From positions 12,340,001 through 12,404,000 of the forward strand of contig NW_024704743.1 in assembly GCF_018977255.1 (NCBI RefSeq): 64,000 nucleotides of DNA, in the 5' to 3' direction. A program made the position numbers and the translations under genes. Source of the DNA: Callorhinchus milii (taxonomy: Eukaryota). How positions within the stretch are numbered: the first letter of the stretch is position 1; each line of letters opens with the position of its first letter. This document shows positions 1 through 13,610 of the stretch, in pieces. Below the pieces are notes generated by a model. That model searched no databases, was not told the DNA's origin, and saw only the letters and a program-made list of their open reading frames with translations.

Positions 1-249
1 GAAGTTTTTCCCAGTGTCCTGGCCAACAACTTTCCATCCCGTCTCCAATAACATCAATCATTCACTTTGTGGATGTTTGTTGTTTGTGAAATATTACTTT
101 GTTGGCTACAAAATATACATCACCACACTTCACAGTAAATTTTCTGAATGTTTTGAGATGTCCTCCTGACGTGAAAGGTGCTATATAAAATTAAAGTGTT
201 ACAGAAATAATAATTTGCCTGCACAGACAAATGGGACCTTGGCTCATCT

Positions 250-695
250 GAAGCGTGCTCTGCAGCACTCCATCCTCGCCCAACTTCACTGGCTTCCCAT
301 CACACAGAGGATATAGTTCAAGATCCTGCTCCTCACCTTCAAAGCCCTCCATGGTCTTGCTCCCCCCAACCATCCTGCCCACTCCCTCTGCTGGCTCCGG
401 CCTGTTTCACCTCCCCCGCCTCGTCCACCCCACCATTGGCAGGTGGGCCTTCTGCCACTCTGTCCCCACCCTCTGGAACTCCATTCTGCAGTCCCTCCAC
501 CTCGCCTGCTCCCTTGCCTCCTTCAAGACCTGTCTCAAGGCCCTCCTCTTCGACCATGCTTTCGGTCAATCTCCTTCCCCCTCCTGCCCTCCACCCTCCC
601 CAATCTCAACCCCCAGCTCGGGACTGAAACATTGATAGTCCAGCGTCTTGGGACACCCTCTTCACGAGAAATGTAATTTTGTTATTGATGTTGTT
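250..695 (+). mobile_element. L2 LINE 3' fragment
   Basis: ORF2 C-terminal remnants (LHWLP-type, PTLWNS, SLASFKTCLK) followed by the 3' UTR and a ttgttattgatgttg tail. Confidence 0.8.
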
Positions 696-977
696 AGATT
701 AGCTCAAGCCCCAACCCCAGGCTCAAACCCACAGCCCTCTTTCTTTTCTCACCTGAGAGAAGCATGGGTGGACTACGTGACATCCAGGCAGGGAGGAGGC
801 AATGAGCAGGCCAACGTACTCAATACTCTCTGTGCACTGTGACCCACCTTTCTCATGAATATTGTATTGTCGGCAGGGGAAGGGAAGGTGAATAGTTCTG
901 TCCAGAGAGGCGCACTGATGCTGAGTTTGAAGATTATCAGCAGCTCTGAAGCATTACGCACTTGATCCATTATTACC

Positions 978-1275
978 AGGATTCAAAAGGTTCAATTCCC
1001 GGGCAGGGTGAAACCTTAGGCACGTTTCCTCCACACGCCTCTGTTTTATCTAAAAGTAAATAGGAACCTGGTTGTTAGTCGATTGGCGGATCGCTTTCCC
1101 CAAAATGTGTGGTCACTCAATCCATGACTGTGGGACACTGCTGTGTGCAACTGGTTGACGCGTTTTGTCCACAAAATACACAGTCAATCTACTTTAATGC
1201 ATATTCTGTGAAGTACTATGTGACGTCTCAATGATGTGATAAGGCACTATATCAAATGCAAGGATTATTAATGTT
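978..1275 (+). mobile_element. Older tRNA-derived SINE with central domain, head partly lost
   Basis: ggttcaattcc B box, gcctctgttt...aggaacctggttgttagtcgattggcggatcgc central domain, tail atcaaatgcaaggattatta. Confidence 0.75.
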
Positions 1276-2089
1276 ATTATCAAGGTTATTCACAATTCCC
1301 AAACCTTGGCTCTTGCCAAACAGCACCTAATGCTCTCCGGAATTAGATGAGCAAAGTCTGTCTCTGAGAGAGAGAGCAAGCATTCCATCCCAGACAGGGA
1401 AGTTTTTACCATGTGTGGTTGACATGTGGATGTCTCAGCGCAACCAACTCAAATCCTATTAATTCCACCCACCCACCCCCTGGGCACCCCGGAGTCCAAC
1501 TCCATCGCTGTAAAGTGCTCCCAAGACGTCACCCGACATGACGAGTGCAATACAAATACAAGTTGTTGTTGATACTCTAGAGCACAATGATGGATTTCGA
1601 TGATGGTATGCAGAAGGCTGACCAAAGAGTAACATTTGTTGGGGGAAAAATTTAAAGACTTGCTTTGAGCCTGTTGTCCTGGTGTCAGCCCATACAGGGA
1701 GTTTTGTGCATAAAACTTCCCCCAAATGTTCTGTGGTCAGAAGATGTAGAATAATTGGAACCTATTGTGGGAATCTATGCTCATCGAGGTGAGGAATTAA
1801 GGGCTGACACCAGTTCTTAATTTGCAAACCATCAGAATTTCCTCTCCAGTCAGGTTATAGGATGCGATTGGCACCAGTAGGCGTGGATTATGTTCTGTTT
1901 TACAATGTGACCTTAACAGCTAGCCAGAGAGGTGTCCTTCAGACAGACAGTAATGAGTGTCAAATTCCCATTTCCCCATATCAACCGTACTTGTGGCCAC
2001 TGTTAGACAATGCATTACATTTAATAATAATAATAATCCTTGCATTTGATATAGCGCCTTCATCACATCGTTGAGACGTCTCACAGAAT

Positions 2090-2445
2090 AAATAACAACT
2101 TGCACTTTTAGCGCCCTCCTCACAGGATAGCGTCTCAAAGCACTTAATAGTGGTGGAGCCTGACTCAGAGGCGGGGGGTCGGGGGAGGGGGCTGTAAGCA
2201 CGATCGAATAGGAAAGTTTTCAGGCAGGACTTGAAAGAGGGGAGAGAGGGCAAGGTGGAGGGATTGGGGGAGAGTGTTGCAGGATTTTGGGATGTAGTGG
2301 CTGAAAGCACGACCTCCGTAGGTGGGGCGGAGGGTACAAGGGATGAGCAGGAGGCTGGTGCCAGTTGAGCAGAGGCGCCGGGTGGTGGATTGGGGAGTGA
2401 GGATCTTGAAGTCGATCTGTTCGGTGATGGGAAGCCAGTGGAGCT
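2090..2445 (-). mobile_element. L2 LINE 3' fragment (second L2 family)
   Basis: LHWLPITEQIDFKILT and SFKSCLKTFLFDRAY on the minus strand. Confidence 0.8.
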
Positions 2446-2967
2446 TTTTATATTTGAATATATTGTAAAATGGATTGACTGTATATTTTATGGATGAAAT
2501 ATGGTAGCCAATTGCACACAGCAGTTTCTCACAAACAGTTGTAGATTTAGTGACCAAATTTTGGGGGGAATTCAATTTAATTAAATCTAACAATGAGGAG
2601 CTGTAAGCCAGAGGAAGACAGTTTGCCTATCATTTTCAACAACAACAACAAAGAGCAAACACTCATGTTTGGCCCAGAAGGAACTGGCTTGGGGACGGCT
2701 GAAAAGTGCATTCTAAATAGTAACATTTCAGTTGGCATGGATCCACTTTATTCTTCTGGGCTGAATTCCAAAGTAGAAAAAAGAACTCTGTCCTGTACCA
2801 AAGTGCCACCCAACCCTCTCCGGGTTCATGTTTTTTCTTGCTGACAGTTACTCCTTGCCTCATGCATTCTTTCCACTAGCCTCTTTCTGCTGGGGACAGA
2901 GATTCTTCCCACTCAACTCCTCGTTAACCCTGCAAGCCAAAGCCATAACGGAGGGGGACTCAGAACT

Positions 2968-3182
2968 CATATCATAGAATCATAGAATTATAAGGCACAG
3001 AAGGAGGCCATTCAGCCCATCGTGTCTGTGCCAGCTTTTTGATAAGAGCTATCCAAATCAATCCCACTCCCCCGGGCTGTCCCCATAGCCCTGCAAACTT
3101 TTCCTCCCCAAATAATTATCTACTCTTTCAAAAGTTGTTATCGAATTGACTTCCACACCCTTTCAGGCAATGCATTCCAGAA
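2968..3182 (-). mobile_element. CR1 LINE 3' end
   Basis: (atcataga)n tail followed by cacagaaggaggccattcagcccatc. Same family as 37583-38420 and 40583-41381. Confidence 0.8.
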
Positions 3183-6100
3183 TAGTCCAGACCAACCATT
3201 TATGTCATCAATCAAGACAAAAATGAAAATACACTACCAACTGAACACAGACATACCCAGAATTGTGTGAATGTTTATGATGGGTCCGCTTCTTGATGGT
3301 CCCACGAGCCATTTGGGGCTCACGTGTCACTTCACTCGTCTAGGCTGACACCAATACAGTATTGGGGGGGAAGGTGGTGGGGGGCTGAATTACTGGAGGT
3401 GCCGTCCTTTGGATGAGATGTTAAACCGAGGCCTATCTGTCTGTTCAGGTAGATGTTAAAGATGATAATAATTCTTGCATTTGATATATTGTAAAGTGGA
3501 CTGATGTGTATTTTGTGAGCAAAAAGCGGCAGTCAATTGCGCACAGTAGTGTCTCACAAACCGTCGTGGATTGAGTCACCAAATTTTCTTTTTTTTGATG
3601 GATTATTACCCCCGGAAAGTGATCCTTTACCTGTTGAAGTATCCTGGGCAAATCACCTGCAGTGTTGCTCTCTGAATACTTGTGTGGCTCATCCATCAGA
3701 TTCATGTTTTCTCCTGTGTTTAATCTCTGTCATTGCTGATGCACGGCCAAGGTCAGGGACATGGGTTGGGTGAGAATCAAGGCAGTAAATCCACAGCGTG
3801 AGTGAAGGATTTTTCATTGGATTAATGCGTTCTACTTTCAAACCTATTCCCTTCTCCCTCATGTGAAGGTGCCTCCCTCTTGAATGCATACATACAATCT
3901 GAAGCGGTTGTTGAATCGGATAGTAATAATAATAATCCTTGCATTTTGATATAGTGCCTTATCATGTTGTTGAGATGTCTCAAAGCGCTTCACAGAATAT
4001 ACTGTAAAGTGAATTGCCTGTATACTTTGTGGGCAAAAAACGGCACACAGCAGCGACCCACAAACAGTCGTGGATTGAGTGACTCCCTCAATTTATTTAT
4101 TTATTGAAGGGATTATTACCCCAGAAAGTGATCGACTAACAAGCGGGTTCCTACTGTGATCTCCTGTGGTCCTGCTTTCTTGCCCTTGCTCCCCATTTCC
4201 TCCCAAACTTGCTCCCTCCGCACTTTCTGCTGTGGTAACTCAGGCCTGCTCCATATTGTCTTGCCACCACCCCACCCCACCATCGATGGTGGAGCTATCA
4301 ACTCCTTTGCCTGCTGCTCTCTGGAAGTCCCACTCTAAATCTCTCTGCCAAGTGCCCTTCCTCTACACTTTCTAAACCCATTTAAAAAAAATTATCTCCT
4401 TGACTGCACCTTCACTCCCCACCACCACCCCAATCGTATCGCACGGAAGGTCGCCATTTGGCCCATTGTGCCTTTGCCGGCTCTTTGGAAGAGCTACCCA
4501 ATCAGTCCCCACTGCCGCGCTCTTTATCCATACTTTTGCAATATTTTTCTTTTTAAGTAAATATCCAAAGTGCTCCCACTCTGTCTGTATGAAGTGTTTT
4601 GAGATGACAGGGCTCTGAGTGAGTTCAAGTTGTTCTGTTTGAACGGGTTTCTATTCCTTAAATCTTCTGCCGCTGAAACACGTTGTTTGTTTGGAGGAAG
4701 TAGGCAAAGGCTGCAGATTGCCAGCGCTATTTGCATAGGTCATTTGGAGTGCAGCTGCCAGGATCCAGCTTCCTGACAGATCAGAGCTTCTTCCACATTT
4801 TGAAACCAGAAACTCGAGCCTGGAGGTCACCAAGTCTGGAATGAACAAGGCTCAATAACGCGCACTTATGTAGCTTTGTTCGTGGAGGATTCTTTCAATA
4901 ATTCTTTATTTGATATAGTGCATTACCATGTCGTTGAGATGTCTCAAAGCACTTTACAGAATATACTGTAAAGTGAATTGACCATGTTTTGTGGGCGAAT
5001 TGCGATAGGAGTGTCCCACAAACAGACGTGGATTGAATGACCAAATTATTATTATTATTTTTGAAGGGATTATTACCCCAGAAAGTGATCCTCCAATCGA
5101 CTAACAAGCGGGTTCCTACTGTGATCTCCTGTGGTCCTGCTTTCCCGCGCTTGCCCCCCCCTCCCTGCCAAAGTAATCCACCGATCGGCTAATAAGCAGG
5201 TTCCTACTTACTGCTAGGTAAACAGTGCTATGTGGAGTAAGGAAAGTTGCCTAAGGTTTCATCCTGCCTGGGAATTGAGCCTGAGTCCTCTCACTTCTAA
5301 GTGCTCTAAGCAGTTGCTACAGGTCTCTGCCATGTCTGCCTGAAGGCAGTTTATATGGTGCATTGAGATGTTGTTACTGAGCGAGCTAAGCAGAGGAGGT
5401 AGAGATAGAGAGGAGGGAGGGAAAGGGGTGGAGAAAAGGGAGGAGGCTAGGGAGGAAGTGAGAGTAGGGATAGGGAAGGAGGGAGGGGAGGAAAGAGGAC
5501 AGAGGAGAGGGGGGGTGGAAGGAATAGATGGGGAGGAGGGGAATGGTTAGGGGGAAGGTGACCAAAAAAACAATAAAAGACGATTTTGTTTTAAAATAGA
5601 AAAGGTAATACTTTGAAAATAGCAGAAAATTATATGTTTTTATGAACATTTCTGAATAATTATAACACTTTTTTAATGCAGTTGCAATTGTATGCCATTG
5701 TTGTTAAAAATGCTTTGTCAGTAAAAACAAATTGACCTCTTTTTGTCCTTGCGTTTACTCTGGGTGTTGGCTGTTCAAATCCCTGCTATAGGGACAGGTG
5801 CAGACTGACATGAATAAAATCTCTTGAGAGATAATATATGGGGCGAAATTCCAAATAAACAGTCAACTACACTTTACAGAACCTTTTTGAAATGTATTGA
5901 GTTGCTATAATTAATGTTACAGTCAGGATTTGAACTGATATAATCTAGTCTGACATTCCACTGCAGTGCTGGCTTAATGCTGCATTGTCAGAATTGTGGA
6001 CCTTCTAAAGTGAGGTCCTTTTCAGGTGGATGTTAAAGATCTTGTGGCACTACTCGAAAAGAGAAGGGAAGTTCTGCCCAGTGTAGTGGCAAACAGTCCT

Positions 6101-6949
6101 GCGGATAAAATTGGTCACTCACTTCATGGCTGTTTGTGGGATATTGTTGTGTGCAAATTAGCTGCCAAGTTTGCCTACAAAATACTCAGTCACTGCACTT
6201 TAAAGTACATCTTGTAAAGCATTTGAGATGACGTAATGTGACCCTGTGTCAAAATGCAAGGATTATATATAAATGTAGAGTGTTATAGTTTAGAGTACTT
6301 TAACTTGGAAAGTTTTCAATTATTATTAACCTGTGAATACAAGGACAGTATTAATCAAAATAGTGGCAGTAAATTGTTTTGCTTGGGTATACAAGTCTGT
6401 GTAAGCAAATATTTGAATGTTACTCTTATTGTGGACTGGAATTCACAGAATGTCTCTTCTTCCTTCAATCAATTCTTTGACCAAGGTCACTAAAGGAATC
6501 TGAAGGCCTCAAACCTTTGACTCACTCTGGTTTTGGCTCACTATACACTACTGTACATCAGGACTTTGATCTTGTGTAGACTAGGCTGTGTTAGGCAAAT
6601 AATAATAATAATAATCCTTGCATTTGATTGAGCACCTTATTGCATCTTCGAAACGTCACCAAGTGCTTCACAGGATATACTGTAAGGTGAATTCACTGTA
6701 TACTTTGTGGGCGAAACTCGGCAGCCAATTTGCATACAGCAGTGTCCCACAAACAGTCGTGGATTGAGTGACCAATTTTTTTTAATATATTGCATATAAT
6801 GTCCACTAACTATATAACTAACTCACCAACAACAATAATAATATTCTTTGCATTTGATATAGCGACTTATTAAGACATCTCAAAGCGCTTCACAGAATAT
6901 ACTGTAAAGTGAATTGACTGTATATTTTGTGGGAGAAACAATACCTCAG

Positions 6950-7345
6950 CCTATCAGCCTAGCTCAGTCGCTAGCACTCTTGCCTCTGAGTCAGTAGGTT
7001 GTGGGTTGCAGCCCTAGATCAGGACTTTGAGCTCCAATGCCACGCTGCTGTAGCACTATCCTTTGATCAGATATCAAACCATGTTCCCTTTGGTCTGTTT
7101 AGGTGGACGTTAAAGATCCTATGGCACTACCCGACAAGAGAAAGGAGTTTCTCCAGGTGTCTTGATCAACAATCCCCCAGACCAAAAAAAATATTCACAC
7201 ATGTTATGGCTGTTTGTGAGACATTGTGGGACATTGCTGTGCACAAATCGGCTGGTGCCTACAAAATAAACAGTCATTACACTTTATAGTAAATCTTCCT
7301 GATATGAAGGGCATTGTATCGAATGTAAAGATTATTGTTATTTAT
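6950..7345 (+). mobile_element. Deu-domain SINE (representative; related copies near 5950, 10800, 13250, 16330, 21100, 31750, 38550, 42900, 51270, 57640)
   Basis: tRNA-like head (agctcagtcgctagcactcttgcctctgagtcag), core ...aggtggacgttaaagatcctatggcactac...ggagtttctccaggtgtc resembling the DeuSINE domain, L2-type tail. Confidence 0.7.
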
Positions 7346-7679
7346 TATCTCAAATTACAAATGTGCTGTACCCCTCACTCCACCCCTCCCTCCTCCGGCC
7401 CCAATTTCCCTCCCATGCACTGACTCCAACTGAGAAAGAGCTTTCAGAGGGTATTTCCTGCTTAAAATACAAAAAATGACAAAGTATTTACAGCACAGAA
7501 ACAGGCCACCTGGCCCAAACAGTCCATGCCAGTGCCTGTGCAGTGGAGATATTAAGGACGAGAGGATAGGGATTTGGGATTAAAAGACCTGCACAGATCT
7601 AATAACCTTAGGCTCTATGGGCTGAGTGAGTGACCTCTTTCTGTTCCAGTTTCTCTGAGTTGCAACAAGGCTGAACTGT

Positions 7680-8070
7680 GGAGTCCTGTAGCTCAGTGGT
7701 TATCACGCTCGCTTCGCAAGAGAGAGGACCTGGGTTCGATTTCCGGGCAGGGCAAAACCTTAGGCAAGTTTCCTTACTCCACACACCTCTGTTTACCTAG
7801 CAGTAAGTAGGAACCCTGTTGTTAGTCGATTGGCAAATCGCTTTCCGGGTATAATAAATCCCCTCCCCGCCCACCCCAAATAAAATTGGTCACTCAATTC
7901 ACGAATGTTTGTGCGGAAAAAACCCACAAAATACTGCAGATGCTGGAAATCTGAAAATGCTGGAAATCTGAAAAAATCCCACAAATCTGAAAATGTTTGT
8001 GGAACACCTCTGTGCGCAATTGGCTGCCGTGTTTCTCCCACAAAGTATACAGTCAATTCACTGTACAATA
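7680..8070 (+). mobile_element. Older long-form tRNA-Ala-derived SINE
   Basis: Head ggagtcctgtagctcagtggtt...ttcgcaa...ggttcgatttcc, then central domain ccacacacctctgtttacctagcagtaagtaggaaccc, with a short internal insertion. Confidence 0.8.
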
Positions 8071-9252
8071 TATAAGGCTAAACTAAATAATAATCCTTGC
8101 ATTTGATACAGTGCCTTATCATGTTTTTGAGCATGTCTCAAAGCACTTGCCAGAATATACTGTAAAATGGATTGACTGTATATATTGTGGGCGAATAAAT
8201 GGAAGACTCTTAGACGAGAGGTACTGGGGTGATTATCTGAATATCGCTCGACCTTTCAGTCTTTATTTCTTGGTACTGTTTGTCTTTGTTGGTGGTTGTA
8301 ATCTGATGCAGTGCTGCTCTTATATACTGGGGAAAGCGAGCAGGGAAAGTTTACAATAGATGCCCGGAGATTAAGCCATGATAATGGTTATTTATAGATT
8401 GACGTGTGAGTCTGTTTGCTGTTATCAATGAGCCTGAACTTGAAATTATAAAAATGATCTTGCAGTGTAATAACATCCCATGGCACTATTCCAAAAAGAT
8501 GGGAGTTTCTCCTGGTGTCCTGGCCAACAATTCTCCCAAATTAAAATTAGTCATTCACTTCATGGCTGTTTGTGGGACACTACTGTGGGCAAGTTGGTGG
8601 CAACATTCCCCACAAAACACAGTCACTCCAGGTTACAATATATCCTGTGAAGTGCTTTGAGACGTCTTAATGACGTGATAAGTCGCTATATCAAATGCAA
8701 GTATTTTTATTCCCATTCTTCACACAAGGCCAATTTCCATTCTGTTCCTGTGTTGGATGAAGCTAAATGGATAACTCCACACCATCGATACTCATCATAA
8801 CTCATCTGTGCTAATGGTAATCTTGATGTCTGGGGATAATAGACAGACTTGCGTGCCAGACAATGATTCTGACTTTTAAACTTTTATAATGGTGCAGAAG
8901 TCAACTTGTCCTGAATGTTACACATCATCTTCAGGGAGAAGACATTCTAATCATAATAATTAATTCATAATGAATGAATCATTAATCCTTGCATTTGATA
9001 TTGTGGCTTTCTGCTGGGAGGACATCCCATAATACTTCACAGGATGTACTGTAAAGTGGTGTGATTGAATTTTGTGGAAGAGTGCTGCAGCTAATTGTGC
9101 ACAGCAATGTCCCACAAACAGCCTTAGAGTAAGTGACCAATTTTATTCGGGGGATTGCTGACCAGGACACTGGGAGAAAAAATTCCCGTGAAGTGCTTTG
9201 AGATGCCCAACGTGAAAGGCTCCATACTAACTGTAAGGTTATTATAATAATA

Positions 9253-9569
9253 CAGTAAAACTTGCATAAGTCTTTATCTAAATTGTACAGTCCCATTCGT
9301 TTTCTATGAAAACCACTTAGATTTCTTTGCACTAATCATATTAATCAAATTGTAATGCTGCCCCACCACCCTCCATTATTCCCGTACTTATGGCTGCATT
9401 GAATCGCTGGAAATGATATCCTGATCCGTCGACTACTGTGCACTTACCGGCTGTATTGAATTATATATGTACAGTGTAGATTATTGATTCCATTGGATTT
9501 TACACAATTTATACAGTTTGCTTGTAACTCGGATTTCACGTAAGTCTATTAAATATTTGAGTTTTACTG
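9253..9569. mobile_element. Non-autonomous Tc1/mariner (Tigger/pogo-like) MITE
   Basis: TIRs CAGTAAAACT (9253-9262) and AGTTTTACTG (9560-9569) with TA on both sides. Internal sequence is shared with 36118-36681. Confidence 0.75.
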
Positions 9570-11934
9570 TATAAACATGTACAGGGATGCAATATGCAAC
9601 TAATTTTTTAATTAATCAGCAGATTCATAGCATCAGATGAATTCTACCCGTTAGAGCTTTGCCTTGCAGGGTTAATAGGAGTTGAGTGGGATGACTCTCT
9701 GCCCCCAGTGATTGGTCTGCCCTTCCAATTCCTACCAATAAGGTAGCCTGGGTTTGCTGTCATCAGCAGTGCCCTGGAGAAGTGTTCTTTCAAAGATCCG
9801 AACTTTCAAATTCCACCTAAAAACCTTCCTTTTTGATCGTGCTTACGAACACCTCTTCCCTTGGCTTGGCGTCAGGCTCCGTCACTGTCAAGCATTCTGG
9901 GAAGCTATCCCTCGTGAAAGGCGCTATGTAAATGCAAGTCGTCATTGTTGTTGTTGGTGGTTTCCATATTGGAGATGTTTCTCTGTTAGCTTATAAGGTA
10001 AATACAGGAATATTGGCCGAGAGGTTTCTTTTCTGGATCGTAAAGAGCTCAGTTAAAGCACTCGAGGTCTGTGTTGTGAAAGGTCTGACCAATAGCCCAT
10101 GTCACAAAGATTGTAATGCTGGCTGCTTTGCTTCTCCCAGGCTAATTATTATTCAAAAGATACACCGACTTCTTTTAAAACATTGAATTTTTGGAGCACT
10201 GAAGAAGGCTGTTTGGATCTTTGAAAGAACAAAGATTTTAATCTCACTCCCCTGCCTTTTCCCCTGCCAAAAAACTGGTCGTTCACTTCATGGCTATTTG
10301 TGGGACATTGCTGTGCACAACTAGCTGCTGCGTTTCGCCCGCAAAATACACAGGGAATGCACTTTATAGAATATCCTGTAAAATGCTTTTTGCCTTCTCA
10401 ACAACCAGTTAAGGCCCTAAATCAAATGCAAGGATTATTATTATTATTTTCCACCTACCCTTTTATATTGTAAATGGCCACCAGTCATAGGGATACTGAA
10501 AGGCCCACTATTGACCTCTCGTTGTCACAAGGTTTGTAGTATCTCTGGTCTGGAATCCCCGCAGTGTTTCAGCTTCCACAGGCTTCACAGAGTATCAGGC
10601 CCGGAAGGCTTGATTTTCTTACAGTGTCTGAAGTCCCACAGGTCTCCCAGTCTCAGGCCGTATGGGCTTATAGTCTCATATTGTCGGGCCCTGCAGCCTT
10701 GCAGTAACACTTCTATTTAGTCTAATATTAACAGTGACACCTCTATATGGCCATATATTAACAGTGACACTGCAGTAACGCTATCTCGCAAGTTGTTATT
10801 GGCCAGGACACTGGAAAAAATCTACCTTCTCTTCGAATAGTGCTATAAGATCATTAACATCCACCTGAACAGGCAGATGGGATCCCGGTTTAAAGTCTCA
10901 TCTGAAGGACGGCACCTCCAACAATGTAACACCCCACCAGCACTGTGATTCCAAGTCACAACCTTCTGATTCAGAGGCAAGAATTTGATTTACTGATCCA
11001 AGCTAACACACACACAAAATGACGAGAGACACAATGGTGTTGCCTAATTGAATACTGAGTTTGAACGCAATGGTGAGTAAGTGATTAGACAGATGCCTCC
11101 AAGAGAGATTGTTGTAGACTAGATAATAGTAGTAATAAGTTAACTAAAAAACTTTGAGATCTCTTAAGTCAGAGCCCCGGTTAGGTGTTTATCCTGAGAA
11201 CTCGATTGAGACCCATTAGAGTTGTTTAGAACTGTTCAGTTTTACTTTATATTTTTCAGTCTGTGGCAGCGGTGAGCATCTCTGGTATGTTTCCTTATAT
11301 TCTGTAGTGTGTGTGTGTATTTGCTTAACTCCAACAGTTGGGTGTTTTTGTCTGATTTCAGCCAGAGTATAGCCAAACTGGTACTGGAAAGTAATATAAT
11401 AACAACAATAACGCCTGTGTTTGATATAGCGCCTTTTACATCTCAAACGCGGTACAGGATTTACTGTGAACCCGAGTGACTTTGTGTTTTGTAGGCGAAT
11501 GAGGTAACTAATTTCTGTGCAGCACTGTCCCACAAGCAGGCACAGAGTGTGTGAGCAATTTTATTTGGGGGTTTATTGGCCAGGATACTGAGAGAAACTC
11601 TTTTTGATTAGTGGCATACGATCTTAAACAACCACCTTGAACAGGTATAGATGGTACCTGGATTTAACGTCTTATCCGAAGGACGCCAGCAATGCAGCTG
11701 CACTTCCCCCAGCACTGCATTGGAGCATCAGCCTGGTGACAATTAACTCAAAAGTCCCAATATGAGGGTCGATCCTGCATCTTCTGTCTTAGAATTGAAT
11801 TGAATCTATCTTCACCTTGCTACTCCAAACACCCCTGGCTTTTTTTCTGTGATGGGTGACTCTGTGATGGGTGGGCGGTGGAAAGACAGATGAAAGATCC
11901 GAAACTGGGCTCAGATGAAAGATCTGAAATTGAG

Positions 11935-12237
11935 CCAGACAGCGATATCAATGGCGAGCTATGTGGTTTTAGCTGATTAGACTCCAGCTGTTACCCTAGC
12001 ACACACTGTGGGTTCCCCAAATCTTTGGCTCTTGCCAATCTAAACCTAATACTTTCCAGAATTAGGTAAGCAGGATGTGTCCCTCCAGGGAGAGAGTGTG
12101 CATTTTATTCCACCAATCTATCTCTGGGATTTTCATGTGAAAGATGGGATGTATGGAAATTTCAGCTTGGTTTGGATACTCTTAAGTATGGTGGTGGGTT
12201 TATGCATGTGTCAGACATCCAGTTGGCCAAAAAAAGT
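11935..12237 (+). repeat. Unclassified ~450-bp interspersed repeat, 3' part
   Basis: Aligns by eye to 43818-44286 and 39228-39678 and ends in an A run. Confidence 0.75.
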
Positions 12238-13249
12238 AAGACATGCCCATGCTACATTGGTGGAATTGCCATTATATTGTTAAACTCAAGTTAATGTCAA
12301 AGGTGCTATGACACTACTTAAAGGAGAGAATGCAGTGTCACCTATTAATCTCCAGAAGACACTCCCTGACCAACAATCTGCCTCAAGAATAAAAAACAGG
12401 GTTATTCACTTCATAGCTGTTTGAAGAACGTTGCTGTGCACAAATTGGCTGGTGCGTTCGCCTACACAGCCACTCCACAGTAAAATCCTGTGAGGCGCTT
12501 TGAGACATCCACCCATGTAAAGTATTATTGTATTATAAAAGGCACTCCCATCAAATGCAAGGATTATTATTAATTCATTAATGTTTGAATGGGTTACCAT
12601 GGAAATTGGCTGAGGGCAGGTCGCTGGACTTGTTTTGCAGGGAGAAAAAGCCACAAGCTGAACTACCAATTATGCTGGAGGATTGTTGGTCAAATTAATG
12701 GGTGAAACCTCATTCTCTCCTCGAAATAATGTCATATCACCTTTGAAGTTGACGGGATGCAGACAGGACCTTTTTTGAATACTGCTGTGTCTTTAAAGTC
12801 CATCTGAATTGCCTGTGAGTTCAAACTCCTCGATGCGGGGCTTGCGATAACAACAAACAACAAATTGGAATTACATAGCAAGTCCCAAGGTGCTGACTCA
12901 GAGACAGGAGTGCTACCAACCGAGCCAAGCTGACATCTTTGTGATTGCCTTTCTTGTAGCCCGAGAAATGCTTCCTGGTGCCTTTCACGACCATAAAACT
13001 GTTTTCTATTGTGCTGTTATCTTGACTTATCTGAACGTATTATTGTGGTTTTATTTTTAAGATGACTGAGATGCCTAGTTGGGTAGGGCATGAGAGGGCT
13101 GATAGCAGATTAGGAGAGCATGTTCAGAGGATTTATATTACTTTTACTCTGCAAACTTACTTATCTTGCTTTTACTGTACTCTACGAGAGGGAGGGTAAG
13201 GCTGTGGGCCTCTAGTTTGGAGTTCCAGAGAGTGGAGGAACATTCACTT

Positions 13250-13610
13250 GTCAGCCTGGTTCAATTGGTAGCACTCTCGCCTCTTAGTCAGAAGGTTGTT
13301 GGTTCAAGCCCCGCATTGGGACATTAACCGCATATGATTGAAGATGCCATTTAACTGAGGTCCCATCTACATGTTCAGGTGGACGTTAAAGATTCCATGC
13401 CTCTACTCGAAAAGAGTTTCTCCCTGGATCCTGGCAAACAAATCCCTGGGATAAAATCGATCATTGACTTCATGACAGTTTGTGGAATATTGCTGTGTGC
13501 AAGTTGGCTACCACACAGTCATGGCACTTTACAGTGAATCCTGTGAAGTGCTTTTGAGATGTCCTCCTGACGTGACAGATGCTGTATCAAATATAAAGAT
13601 TTTTTTTTGT
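13250..13610 (+). mobile_element. Deu-domain SINE
   Basis: Head tcagcctggttcaattggtagcactctcgcctc...ggttcaagccc, Deu core and L2-type tail. Confidence 0.7.
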
